Shown piece by piece: positions 1 through 9,575 of a stretch of 64,000 bases of DNA. Numbering within the stretch: position 1 is the first letter of the stretch; each line of letters starts with the position of its first letter. The DNA is from Candidatus Odyssella sp. (GTDB taxonomy: Bacteria > Pseudomonadota > Alphaproteobacteria > Paracaedibacterales > CAITNM01): NCBI GenBank assembly GCA_020726185.1, contig DYTB01000003.1, forward strand, positions 12,451 to 76,450. Direction: 5' to 3'. Both the position numbers and the translations under genes were made by a program. Under the pieces are notes generated by a model, which was not told the DNA's origin, searched no databases, and worked only from the letters and a program-made list of their open reading frames with translations.

Positions 1-21
1 AGAACTATACTTAAAAGCCCA

Positions 22-921
22 ATGGCATCTGATCTTGAACCGACTCATATTCCTGTGCTTTGCAAGGAAATGATTGAAATTTTAAACCCCTGTCCAGGAA
101 AAGTCTATGTAGATGGTACTTTTGGGGGCGGGGGATACACACGTGCAATCTTGAATAGAGGCGCGGAGAAAGTTATTGCTTTTGATCGCGATAACGATGC
201 TGTGAAGCGCGCACAGATTTTTTGTCAGGAATTTGGTGATAGGTTTCAAATTATCCACGGTTGCTTTAGTGAAATGGATAAATATTTAACTCCAAAATCA
301 ATGGATGGTATCGTTTTTGATTTTGGTATTTCAAGCTATCAGGTTGATGAAGCTCATCGTGGTTTTTCTTTTCGCCAAAATGGTCCTCTTGATATGCGTA
401 TGGGGGTAGGTTCTACTTATACTGCCGCGGATGTTGTAAATACTTTTAAAGAAAAAGATATTGCTGAAATTTTGTATGTTTATGGTGAAGAACCCAGATC
501 AAGACAAATAGCAAAAGAAATTATTGCAACAAGATCAACGAAGCCATTTGAAACAACACAAGACCTGGCCACGTTGATCAGAAAAATCGTTCCAGGTCAA
601 GACGGTTTTGACCCTGCAACCCTTACGTTTCAAGGCTTGCGTATTTTTGTGAATAATGAGTTAATAGAGATAGAGCGTGCTTTACAGCTGAGCAATCAGC
701 TTTTGCCGATAGGGGGTCGGCTTATCACGGTAGCATTTCACGCGTTAGAAGATCGTCTGGTTAAAAACCACAGCAAGATGGCATTTAACCATCAAGAATT
801 TCTGTGTTCGTATTCTGCTATCAACCGCAAAGCTATAGCTCCCTCTTTAGGTGAAATTCGATCAAATCCTAGGTGTCGTTCAGCAAAGCTACGTGGATTT
901 GTAAAAGAGGTTAGGCATTAA
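22..921 (+). CDS. rsmH: 16S rRNA m4C1402 methyltransferase RsmH (MraW)
   Basis: HIPVL N-terminus, DGTFGGGGYT SAM motif, RGFSF...GPLDMRMG, HALEDRLVK, NPRCRSAKLR; first gene of a dcw fragment. Confidence 0.97.
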   Translation: MASDLEPTHIPVLCKEMIEILNPCPGKVYVDGTFGGGGYTRAILNRGAEKVIAFDRDNDAVKRAQIFCQEFGDRFQIIHGCFSEMDKYLTPKSMDGIVFDFGISSYQVDEAHRGFSFRQNGPLDMRMGVGSTYTAADVVNTFKEKDIAEILYVYGEEPRSRQIAKEIIATRSTKPFETTQDLATLIRKIVPGQDGFDPATLTFQGLRIFVNNELIEIERALQLSNQLLPIGGRLITVAFHALEDRLVKNHSKMAFNHQEFLCSYSAINRKAIAPSLGEIRSNPRCRSAKLRGFVKEVRH

Positions 922-1316
922 TGAGAAGATCTCAGTTCTTTTTAGCTCTTATGGCATTTTGTGTTGGTCTTGGGCTATTCCGAGTAAAATATCAGGTTAT
1001 GGCTTTAGAAAAAAACCACAAACAAGTTGTTAAAAGCATCTCTGAAACTAGGGAATCTATACATGTTTTAAAGGCAGAGTTAACTCACCTTAATGATCCT
1101 GCACGTTTACAAAAACTTGCTATTACACATCTTAATTTTAGTGCCTTAAAACCGAATCAAGTTGTTGAAATTGGTGAATTGCCAAGACAAACCAAAGAAG
1201 TAAAAGTATCGCAAGATCCCATTGAAGCATTGATGGATGCAGTCAACGCTGTTAGTCCTCAGCAAGAGAGAGCATCAACAAAAACCTCTTCACAAGAGGT
1301 TGCTCATGCAGCCTAA
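921..1316 (+). CDS. ftsL: Cell division protein FtsL-like
   Basis: Short N-terminal TM followed by coiled coil (LKAELTHLNDPARLQKLA); lies between rsmH and ftsI. Confidence 0.8.
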   Translation: MRRSQFFLALMAFCVGLGLFRVKYQVMALEKNHKQVVKSISETRESIHVLKAELTHLNDPARLQKLAITHLNFSALKPNQVVEIGELPRQTKEVKVSQDPIEALMDAVNAVSPQQERASTKTSSQEVAHAA

Positions 1317-3042
1317 GATCATGATCAAAAGCCTATGGTATCGCTTGAGTGGCTGGAGATTTTCACAACATCAGCAACTATTACATACTGCTCGACAACG
1401 CACATTTAGTGCGACAGCTATATCGTGCGTAGCATTTTTAGCAATTACTATTCGTTTAATAGATGTGATGGTTGTTAGAACTCCTGTTTGCTCAATAGGT
1501 TGTCAACAACAAGAGTGTCAACTTCGTCAAAACATCGTTGATCGAAACGGAATAATATTGGCAACGCAATTGGTTACAGCATCTGTATATGCTAATCCAA
1601 AAGTAATTATCGATGCTAATGAAGCCGCTGATAAGCTGTGCAAGCTTTTCCCTCATTTAAGATATGAAAATGTGTTGCAAAAACTTCAATCTAACCAGGG
1701 GTTTGTTTGGATTGAACGACATGCATCTCCTAAAATGCAAGAAGCTGTGCATTCTCTAGGGATTCCCGGAATATACTTACAGCCTGATCAAAAGCGTGTT
1801 TATCCTCATGGCACTTTAGCCTGTCACGTAATTGGACGTTGCGACATTGATGGTTATGGTGTGAGTGGCATTGAACAATCTTTTGATACCATGCTGACTA
1901 CACAAGAGGGTGATTTAAAATTATCTTTGGATCTTCGAGCGCAACATGCAGTGCATAATGAATTAGTTGCTGCTATAGAACAATTCAATGCAGTTGCAGC
2001 GAATGCCATGGTTATGGACGTGAAAACTGGAGAAATTATCGCTATGGTTTCTCTTCCTGACTATGACCCAAATCGTCAAATGAAAAATATTGAATGTGGG
2101 TTCAATCGCAATACATTAGGAGTGTACGAACAGGGATCAACGTTTAAAATTCTTAATGCCGCTATTGCCCTTGAAACAGGAACCTCCACTCTAAGTTCAA
2201 TCTTTGATGCTAGAAATCCAGTCAACATTGGTCGTTTCAAAATTACTGACTTTAAGGGGCAAAATCGCCCACTTACACTTGTAGAAGCTCTAGTTCATTC
2301 ATCAAATATTGCTGCAATTAAGATTGCTCAAAAATTTGGTCCAGAAGTACAAAAGCATTTTATGGGGCAGTTTGGCGTATTAACTTCATTAAGTTTGGAA
2401 ATACCTGAGCTTGGAAACTCTTTAACACCGAAAGATTGGCGTGAAACAGCAATGATGTCAGTTTCTTTTGGATATGGAATTGCAGTAACTCCATTACATT
2501 CTTTATGTGCAGTGGCAGGAATTGTTAATAACGGTTGTAGGCCAGCACCGACTTTAAGATTTATTCCAGCTGAAAATCGTCACGAAAGAGCGCATTCATT
2601 TTCAAAAACCTCATGTGTTAGTGAAAAAACTTCAAAAGCAATTCGTCAAATGATGCGCACGATTGTACGTGAAGGAACTGCAAAAAAAGCAAATGTTAAA
2701 GGATATCAAGTGTTTGCTAAGACAGGCACAGCATATCAAAATAAAGGAAAATTTGGTGGATACGGGTCAGATGCAGATCGTCATCGCACGACTTCCTTTA
2801 TTGGTGGATTCCCGGCAGATGATCCTAAATACATAATGATTGTTATGTTAGACGACCCCAAAGCAGCGTTAGGAACTTATGGATATGCAACTGCCGGTTG
2901 GAATGTGACGCCAACAGCTGGAAAAATTATTGAGCGCATAGCTCCTTTACTTGGCGTTAAATCTGATTTCAAAGAAGAATCCGAGCATGTTGGCGATATG
3001 ATGCAACTAACATCGATTAATAATGAGAGTGGAGATCAATAA
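1306..3042 (+). CDS. ftsI: Peptidoglycan transpeptidase FtsI/PBP3
   Basis: IVDRNG dimerisation motif, SxxK (GSTFK), SSN, KTGT; start moved to ATG 1306 overlapping the ftsL end (track start 1237). Confidence 0.95.
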   Translation: MQPKIMIKSLWYRLSGWRFSQHQQLLHTARQRTFSATAISCVAFLAITIRLIDVMVVRTPVCSIGCQQQECQLRQNIVDRNGIILATQLVTASVYANPKVIIDANEAADKLCKLFPHLRYENVLQKLQSNQGFVWIERHASPKMQEAVHSLGIPGIYLQPDQKRVYPHGTLACHVIGRCDIDGYGVSGIEQSFDTMLTTQEGDLKLSLDLRAQHAVHNELVAAIEQFNAVAANAMVMDVKTGEIIAMVSLPDYDPNRQMKNIECGFNRNTLGVYEQGSTFKILNAAIALETGTSTLSSIFDARNPVNIGRFKITDFKGQNRPLTLVEALVHSSNIAAIKIAQKFGPEVQKHFMGQFGVLTSLSLEIPELGNSLTPKDWRETAMMSVSFGYGIAVTPLHSLCAVAGIVNNGCRPAPTLRFIPAENRHERAHSFSKTSCVSEKTSKAIRQMMRTIVREGTAKKANVKGYQVFAKTGTAYQNKGKFGGYGSDADRHRTTSFIGGFPADDPKYIMIVMLDDPKAALGTYGYATAGWNVTPTAGKIIERIAPLLGVKSDFKEESEHVGDMMQLTSINNESGDQ

Positions 3043-4546
3043 ATTGAGTCACTTTGATCAAATTTTTCTAGTAGAGCTGCTTGAAAGTGCAGGGCTAGAA
3101 CTAAGTTATGATCGCTCAAATTTTAAAAATATAACAATAAATAATCTATGTGCTGATTCTCGTAAAGCGCAACCAGGAGATTTTTTTGTCGCAATTCCTT
3201 GCTCGCAGGTCATTAGCAATATAAAAGAAGCAATCAATAAAGGCATTTGTGGAGTATTAGCTACAGCAGAAATAATTGATTCTTTTGCAGATGAAAATAT
3301 ATTTATAGAGTGCTCTAATCCAAGATTAGCACTTAGTTTGCTAGCAAAATCATTTTTCAAAACTCAACCAGATGTTTTGATGGCTGTAACAGGAACAAAT
3401 GGAAAAAGTTCTGTTGTTAGTATCGTGCGCCAGCTATGGGAGTTGTTAGGGTGTTCTGCTGCATCATTTGGAACTGTTGGTCTAGAAACAAAAAATTACC
3501 CAAGCAGTTTGCCATCAGTTCCAGCTCTTACTACTTACGACAGTTTGACATTTTTTTCTTTATTGAAAACTCTGGCAGAAGCAAACATCAATCATGTTGT
3601 GTTTGAAGCATCTAGTCATGGATTAGATCAATATCGTATTCATGGCAGTCAAATCGCAGTGGCAGGGTTTACAAATTTCACCCAAGATCATTTAGACTAC
3701 CACCATACAATGGAAAATTATTTTCAGGCCAAAGCCAAATTATTTTCAGAAGTGTTGCCTGCAGGTAAAGCAGCAGTGCTAAATGCTAACTCTCCATATT
3801 TTTCTCAGCTACAGACTTTGGCATCGCAGCATAGTGTACGTTTGATTACATATGCTATTGACGCACCAGCAGATTTAATAGCTACAAACCTAAATGTGCA
3901 AACATCAAGCATCACTTTTGACTTAAAGTATCATGATCAAACATACTGTAATCTAGCATTAAATCTTAGCGGAGCTTTTCAAGCTGAGAATACATTATGT
4001 GCAATAGGAATGCTGATTGCATCAGGTATTGCTTTGTCTGCAATTTTACCATTAATCCCAAAAATAAAATCTGTAGCGGGACGAATGGAATTAGTAGGAA
4101 AAACATCAAACGGTGGATATGTTTATGTTGATTATGCACATACTCCTGATGCTTTGGATCGTGCATTAAAATCATTGAGATTTCACACAGAAAATAATAT
4201 TTGGGTCGTGTTTGGTTGTGGTGGGGATCGCGATACCATTAAGCGTCCTTTGATGGGGAAAATTGCTTCTGATTTAGCAGACAAAATAATTGTGACAGAT
4301 GATAATCCTAGATCAGAAAATCCTGCAAATATACGGCAGCAAATATTAAAAGAATGTGCTTTGAAAGCACATGAAATTGGTGACAGACGTCAAGCTATTG
4401 CATATGCTATTGCACATCTTCAAAAAGGTGATACCCTTTTAATAGCAGGGAAGGGTCATGAAATGGGCCAGATCATTGAAAATGAAACCTACTACTTTAG
4501 TGATAAACAAGTGGCTGAAGAGTTACTTACAGGGTTAAATCTATGA
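3023..4546 (+). CDS. murE: UDP-MurNAc-tripeptide synthetase MurE
   Basis: VTGTNGKSS, EASSHGLDQYR, NFTQDHLDYH, DYAHTPD, DNPR (mDAP specificity motif), AGKGHE. Confidence 0.97.
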   Translation: MRVEINKLSHFDQIFLVELLESAGLELSYDRSNFKNITINNLCADSRKAQPGDFFVAIPCSQVISNIKEAINKGICGVLATAEIIDSFADENIFIECSNPRLALSLLAKSFFKTQPDVLMAVTGTNGKSSVVSIVRQLWELLGCSAASFGTVGLETKNYPSSLPSVPALTTYDSLTFFSLLKTLAEANINHVVFEASSHGLDQYRIHGSQIAVAGFTNFTQDHLDYHHTMENYFQAKAKLFSEVLPAGKAAVLNANSPYFSQLQTLASQHSVRLITYAIDAPADLIATNLNVQTSSITFDLKYHDQTYCNLALNLSGAFQAENTLCAIGMLIASGIALSAILPLIPKIKSVAGRMELVGKTSNGGYVYVDYAHTPDALDRALKSLRFHTENNIWVVFGCGGDRDTIKRPLMGKIASDLADKIIVTDDNPRSENPANIRQQILKECALKAHEIGDRRQAIAYAIAHLQKGDTLLIAGKGHEMGQIIENETYYFSDKQVAEELLTGLNL

Positions 4547-5709
4547 GAGTACTTTTATTAATTATCTGTTTAGCATTCGTTTTTCAATCAGGATATGCAG
4601 AAAATGCGCCTGACTCAAAAAAAGAGCATGCAGAGTCAAAAAAAGAAACAAAAGTAGGTAGCCTTGTCATTTATAAAGATCGCTGCGTTGCCACCCTTCC
4701 TATTAAATTCAGCGGAGAAAAAGAGCATTCTCTCACAGTTCCTGGATCTATTGATTCTCAATCGATTCTCTTTCATCAAGAAAGCAACTTAAATCCAGAA
4801 TACGTTATCTCTAAAAATAAGGATGTCTTAACAGCTGTTGATTTGATTTTAAATTCTAAACATCCTTTTCAAGGAGAAATTACTTATACTTTTTCCGGTA
4901 TTGGTTGGCATATGCATTATGTTGTTGAGGTCAGTGAGCAGTTTGATGAAATTCAAAATTTTAACAGCTTTGTTAGTATAGATAATCAATCAGGAGCAAG
5001 CTTTGAGAACATCAGATTACGTTTGGTTAATGCACAAACTGATGATTTGGCAAAAAATCAAACGTTTCATGAATACGTTATTGATACTCCTAAATTTATT
5101 AACAAAGGCAGTGTTGTTCGAATTCCATGGGTGGAGATTCATAAGCAAAAAGCTGGACAAGACTATCGATTAGATGTTGGAAAAGACAACCTTAAAGATC
5201 TTCAGGGAATAGACAAGCAAATTCCATTGCAAATTTGGCTACACTTTAAGTTGGATGAAAAACGTTCTCAAGACTTGGCAAACGGAGATATTACTATATA
5301 CATTCGTGACCACAGTAATGCCTTAAGATTTCTAGGATCAAGTGCTCTACCTTCTACAAAAGCTGGTGATGACATACAGCTAGCAATTCCTCCTCTTTTG
5401 CTTGCTCAACTTAAATCTAGTCACGATTCTCCTCTCACACAAATTCAAGGAAATTTAGAACAAACAGAATTTAAAACTCTACTTACTGAAAAGGTAACAG
5501 AAGCTGCTTATAGATTAACCATTCGTAACTTTGGAGAAAAAGAAGCGAACATTAAGGTTATGCTCCCATTTGGAGAAAATCGTGGTAAAGTGGTCCGTGA
5601 GAGTATGGCGCATAAGCAAGAAAGCAGCCAAAGTGTATATTGGCCTGTAAGGGTGGCGCCAAAAACTGAGGTTGTGCTTCGTTATCGCGTTCAATTAATG
5701 AAAGAGTAG
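4543..5709 (+). CDS. Secreted DUF4139-like protein
   Basis: Signal peptide; GIGWHMHY...IDNQSGASFEN and C-terminal YRLTIRN...WPVRV...VLRYRV pattern resemble DUF4139 proteins. Confidence 0.6.
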   Translation: MRVLLLIICLAFVFQSGYAENAPDSKKEHAESKKETKVGSLVIYKDRCVATLPIKFSGEKEHSLTVPGSIDSQSILFHQESNLNPEYVISKNKDVLTAVDLILNSKHPFQGEITYTFSGIGWHMHYVVEVSEQFDEIQNFNSFVSIDNQSGASFENIRLRLVNAQTDDLAKNQTFHEYVIDTPKFINKGSVVRIPWVEIHKQKAGQDYRLDVGKDNLKDLQGIDKQIPLQIWLHFKLDEKRSQDLANGDITIYIRDHSNALRFLGSSALPSTKAGDDIQLAIPPLLLAQLKSSHDSPLTQIQGNLEQTEFKTLLTEKVTEAAYRLTIRNFGEKEANIKVMLPFGENRGKVVRESMAHKQESSQSVYWPVRVAPKTEVVLRYRVQLMKE

Positions 5710-5713
5710 TTTT

Positions 5714-6379
5714 GTGCAGCAAGGATTGTTGCCTTTGGGGTATGCTCAAAGTTACGAATTGTGTGATTTTGTTGTTGCTAACTGTAATCAGATGGCTTTT
5801 GATCTCTTTCATGCTGCTCTTCAAGGCACAACCAAAGATAAGTTTGTTTGCATATATGGAGATTCTGGTTGTGGAAAAACGCACTTATTGCAGGGAATGG
5901 CTAAAGACTATAATTTAACCTACAATACTGCAAATCAAGCACTTACAACAAATTTATGGGATTGGGTTTATGGAGATCAGCAAGTTCTAATTCTTGATGA
6001 TGCTCATAAGGTAGAAGATGATGTATGGTGGTTTCACCTTTACAATTTGGTAAGAGAACAAAACAAATTACTGATTATTAGTGCCATTAACCCTCCTTCT
6101 CTGTGGCCAGTTAGTCTTTCTGATTGGCGATCTCGGTTGGCAACATTCATAAGCGCAGAAATGCATAATCCTGATGACGATACTCTAAAGCGTGTGCTTG
6201 AAAAGATATGGAAAGATAAAGGAATCGTTGTTGATAATGCTATTCTCGAATATTTATCTCGTCGGATAGATCGGAATTTTCCAGCTATCTGTCAGTGGGC
6301 AAAAAAAATTGATACGCTTTCAGCACAGCAACGCAAACCGATTACAGTTAGCATGCTACATCACCTTTTTTCAGCATGA
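5714..6379 (+). CDS. hda: DnaA regulatory inactivator Hda/HdaA
   Basis: N-terminal QxxLPL clamp-binding motif (QQGLLPL), YGDSGCGKTHL, LDDAH, DWRSRL, SRRIDR. Confidence 0.85.
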   Translation: MQQGLLPLGYAQSYELCDFVVANCNQMAFDLFHAALQGTTKDKFVCIYGDSGCGKTHLLQGMAKDYNLTYNTANQALTTNLWDWVYGDQQVLILDDAHKVEDDVWWFHLYNLVREQNKLLIISAINPPSLWPVSLSDWRSRLATFISAEMHNPDDDTLKRVLEKIWKDKGIVVDNAILEYLSRRIDRNFPAICQWAKKIDTLSAQQRKPITVSMLHHLFSA

Positions 6380-8322
6380 ATGTAGAAGTTGCAGTACCTT
6401 CAATCCTAGATAGACCGCTTACATATTTGTGGCCATTTGATATTTCTCCGAAGGTGGGGCAGCTTGTTGAAGTTCCCTTAAAAAATAGTGTGACGATGGG
6501 GGTGATCTGGTCATTGACGTCTAACCCGGTCAACTCTACTCACATCTTAAAAAAAATATTGAATTATTACCCTTTAGTCCTACCCAATCATTTTATTGGT
6601 TTTCTAAAGAAATTTGCTGAATATACGCTTACACCGTTAGGCGTTCTTATAAAGCATGTGTTACCTAAAGAAATTTCTCCTCCGATCATAACATCTGCTG
6701 AATACGTATTTAATGTTCCAGAGCTCACGCATGAGCAATGTATTGCTAAAGATGCAATTGTGAATAAACTAGGTGAATTTCACGTTAGTTTGCTAGATGG
6801 CGTGACCGGAAGTGGAAAGACCGAGATTTATCTGGAAGCTAGTGTGAAAGCTTATGAATCAGGAAAACAGACTTTAATTCTTTTGCCTGAAATAGCTTTA
6901 ACAGCCCAATTTCGTCAGCGGTTTGAAGAGCGTTTTGGGAAAAAGCCCTTGATATGGCATTCTCAAATCACTCCTAAACAAAGAAATTCTATTTGGCACC
7001 AAGCGCATCAGGGGGCTCCTTGTATTATGTTGGGTGCAAGATCTGCCTTATTATTGCCATTTAGTAATCTAGGATTATTAGTTATTGATGAAGAGCATGA
7101 TCCATCATACAAGCAAGATGAAGTGATTATTTATCATGCACGTGATATGGTTATTTTGCGCGCAAAAGAAGAGGGGGTTCACGCTGTATTAGTTTCAGCC
7201 ACCCCAAGTCTTGAGACAATCTACAATGTTAAGCAGAGAAAATTCTCTCACTTAAAGGTTAATAGTCGCTTTGGAAATGCTTCGCTGCCAACGGTGAATA
7301 TTCTTTCCATGCGAGGCCTAAAAAAAACGCAGCGCCCTAGTCAATGGCTACACCCTACTCTTTTCGAAGAGATTCAAAAACGCATTATCAACCAAGAGCA
7401 AAGCTTATTATTTTTAAACAGACGTGGTTATGCTCCATTAACAATTTGTAGTGATTGCGGTTTTAAAATTACTTGCGCTGCTTGTGACGTCGCATTGGTT
7501 CAGCATAAAAATCAGCCACGACTTCACTGCCATTATTGTGATTTTACGCAGCCAATTCCAGAAGTTTGCCCTAACTGTTCTCAAGCAACATTAAGTCCCT
7601 GTGGCCCTGGTGTTGAGCGGCTAAGCGAAGATTTAGCAAGCTTATTACCTGACGCTAGGATTTTAAGTGTGACTAGTGATTTGGTAAATACACCAAAACG
7701 CACCCAAGAAATGGTTGATGGAATTATAAACAATCAATGTGATATCATTGTTGCAACTCAAATGCTTAGCAAAGGGTATCACTTCCCAAACATTACATTA
7801 GTAGGCGTGGTTGATGCGGATATGGGGCTTAATGGACCAGATTTACGTTGTGCTGAACGAACTTATCAACAGTTGCACCAAGTTGCAGGACGATGTGGGC
7901 GAGAGCAAAAACCAGGTACTGTTTATTTACAAACTTATGATCCAGATCATTTAGTTATTAAAGCCGCGGCTAACTGGGACCAAGAAAGTTTTGTTGAGCT
8001 TGAACTAGAAGATCGTGAGCAGCATGGCATGCCACCTTTCGGCAGGCTTTCTTCGTTCTTAATAAGTGGGCGTGATAATACAGAAATTTTGAGTTTTTGT
8101 AGAAAGCTTCTGCACACTGCACCCAAACATAGTGATATTTTTATTATGGGGCCAGTTCCTGCACCGCTTTCCAGGTTAAAAAATCAATTTCGTTGGCGGT
8201 TTTTGTTAAAATACCCAAAGGGGTTTGCTATACAATCATTCATTCGTCACTGGTTTTCTCAGGTCAGCAAGCCTCATAGCATTAGATTAATTGTAGACAT
8301 TGATCCCCTAGCTTTTCATTGA
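6376..8322 (+). CDS. priA: Primosomal protein N' (PriA helicase)
   Basis: GVTGSGKTE, PEIALT, DEEHD, SATPS, LNRRG, CxxC zinc motifs, GHHFP-like GYHFP, QVAGRCGR, DIDP end. Confidence 0.97.
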   Translation: MNVEVAVPSILDRPLTYLWPFDISPKVGQLVEVPLKNSVTMGVIWSLTSNPVNSTHILKKILNYYPLVLPNHFIGFLKKFAEYTLTPLGVLIKHVLPKEISPPIITSAEYVFNVPELTHEQCIAKDAIVNKLGEFHVSLLDGVTGSGKTEIYLEASVKAYESGKQTLILLPEIALTAQFRQRFEERFGKKPLIWHSQITPKQRNSIWHQAHQGAPCIMLGARSALLLPFSNLGLLVIDEEHDPSYKQDEVIIYHARDMVILRAKEEGVHAVLVSATPSLETIYNVKQRKFSHLKVNSRFGNASLPTVNILSMRGLKKTQRPSQWLHPTLFEEIQKRIINQEQSLLFLNRRGYAPLTICSDCGFKITCAACDVALVQHKNQPRLHCHYCDFTQPIPEVCPNCSQATLSPCGPGVERLSEDLASLLPDARILSVTSDLVNTPKRTQEMVDGIINNQCDIIVATQMLSKGYHFPNITLVGVVDADMGLNGPDLRCAERTYQQLHQVAGRCGREQKPGTVYLQTYDPDHLVIKAAANWDQESFVELELEDREQHGMPPFGRLSSFLISGRDNTEILSFCRKLLHTAPKHSDIFIMGPVPAPLSRLKNQFRWRFLLKYPKGFAIQSFIRHWFSQVSKPHSIRLIVDIDPLAFH

Positions 8323-8331
8323 GCGATGGAA

Positions 8332-8354
8332 AGAGGAGCGCTTAGCACTCCTCT
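8332..8354. terminator. Hairpin between convergent priA and the isocyanide-synthase-like gene
   Basis: AGAGGAGCGC-TTA-GCACTCCTCT stem-loop; no strong U-tract. Confidence 0.5.
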
Positions 8355-8361
8355 GTAACGG

Positions 8362-9435
8362 TTATTTTAGAACGTAGGGTAATTCAATGCCAGCTACTGA
8401 CATAGTCACTATAACTCCTGCTGGAATGCCATGTACTAGATCAAACGAAGTACTATCATCAAATCTTTCGCATAGCAGCGCCGCGTGCCATGGCACACAG
8501 GTGTTTACACAATCTATACCAGGCTTACTAGCAAAATTTATACCAACTTTTGTTTCGTCTCCATGAACAGAAAGACGTAGCATACTACGATACAATTCAT
8601 GAGTTCTCACCACTTCTCTAAATATGGTAACTCCCAATTGGTAAACCCCAGACATTAACAGAGCAAGTCTCTTTCGTTCTTTCATAAGTGCTGATTTGCT
8701 TACGATCCCTTTTCCATTTAGCGCAGCATTAATAATAGGACCGTCTATTTCGTCGGTAAAAAAACGTTTTGACCCTTCTGCAGCAGCTACAATTTGTGCT
8801 TTTACCGCTTCTGAATGATAAGATTCCATCACTTTCTGCTTGAGATATTCTTCGGTCAAATCTGCACCACAACGCAAATGTGGACAGGTTCCTAGCAACC
8901 GCAAAAAAGCTGCTTTGTATTCAGCAGAATTAAGCAGTTCCATATCTATACCTAAGTCGGCTCTAATAGCCTTAAACATTTCAGGTATGTACGGTTCTTT
9001 GTTAATAATGTGGACTTCACAAGGCACTCTAACAAACTCTTGAATCTGCTCTGCTATGTGTTCAAGCCTTATAAGCCCAAGGTAATCCCCCATATCAAAC
9101 CTCTGACTTAAAACCTTTTTCCCCACATTGGTCGATTTACACGGAAACCCTAAAATCACAAATTGAATAGGTTCATCAGTACTTAGTTTACCCAGTATAT
9201 AATCTGTGTAAGCATCCCGGGCCCCGCTATTTAATGGACCGCCACCCCCTAAAAGCTGCAAATAGTCTACTATATTGTTGGCTCTTACAAGAGGGAGATT
9301 AGGTCCATCAATCTCCAGTTTAGGTAAAGTTCTTTTGTACATAGCAGGAATATCTAATTCCTCTACCGTGGTAGTAGCGCCCATAATAGGAACTGCAAAA
9401 ATCACCAGAATTAGCAACGTTAATATTTTAGACAT
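8362..9435 (-). CDS. Isocyanide synthase (PvcA/Dit1/IsnA) family protein, divergent, with signal peptide
   Basis: FVILGFPCKSTN..KKVL..RFDMGD, RLSVH...KVGI, VPWH; ATG 9435 has an AGGAG RBS and gives MSKILTLLILVIFAVPIMG. Confidence 0.8.
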   Translation of the reverse strand: MSKILTLLILVIFAVPIMGATTTVEELDIPAMYKRTLPKLEIDGPNLPLVRANNIVDYLQLLGGGGPLNSGARDAYTDYILGKLSTDEPIQFVILGFPCKSTNVGKKVLSQRFDMGDYLGLIRLEHIAEQIQEFVRVPCEVHIINKEPYIPEMFKAIRADLGIDMELLNSAEYKAAFLRLLGTCPHLRCGADLTEEYLKQKVMESYHSEAVKAQIVAAAEGSKRFFTDEIDGPIINAALNGKGIVSKSALMKERKRLALLMSGVYQLGVTIFREVVRTHELYRSMLRLSVHGDETKVGINFASKPGIDCVNTCVPWHAALLCERFDDSTSFDLVHGIPAGVIVTMSVAGIELPYVLK

Positions 9436-9575
9436 TATAATTCTCCTTTTAAAAAATTGATTAAAACAAGGCAAATAGCCGTCCTGAACAGTCAAATACG
9501 GTTTTTTAAAATTGTTAAAAAGACAAAGATTCTCCGCACTGCCCAAGAGCAGTGTTAAAAATTCTTTTCGTCAGG

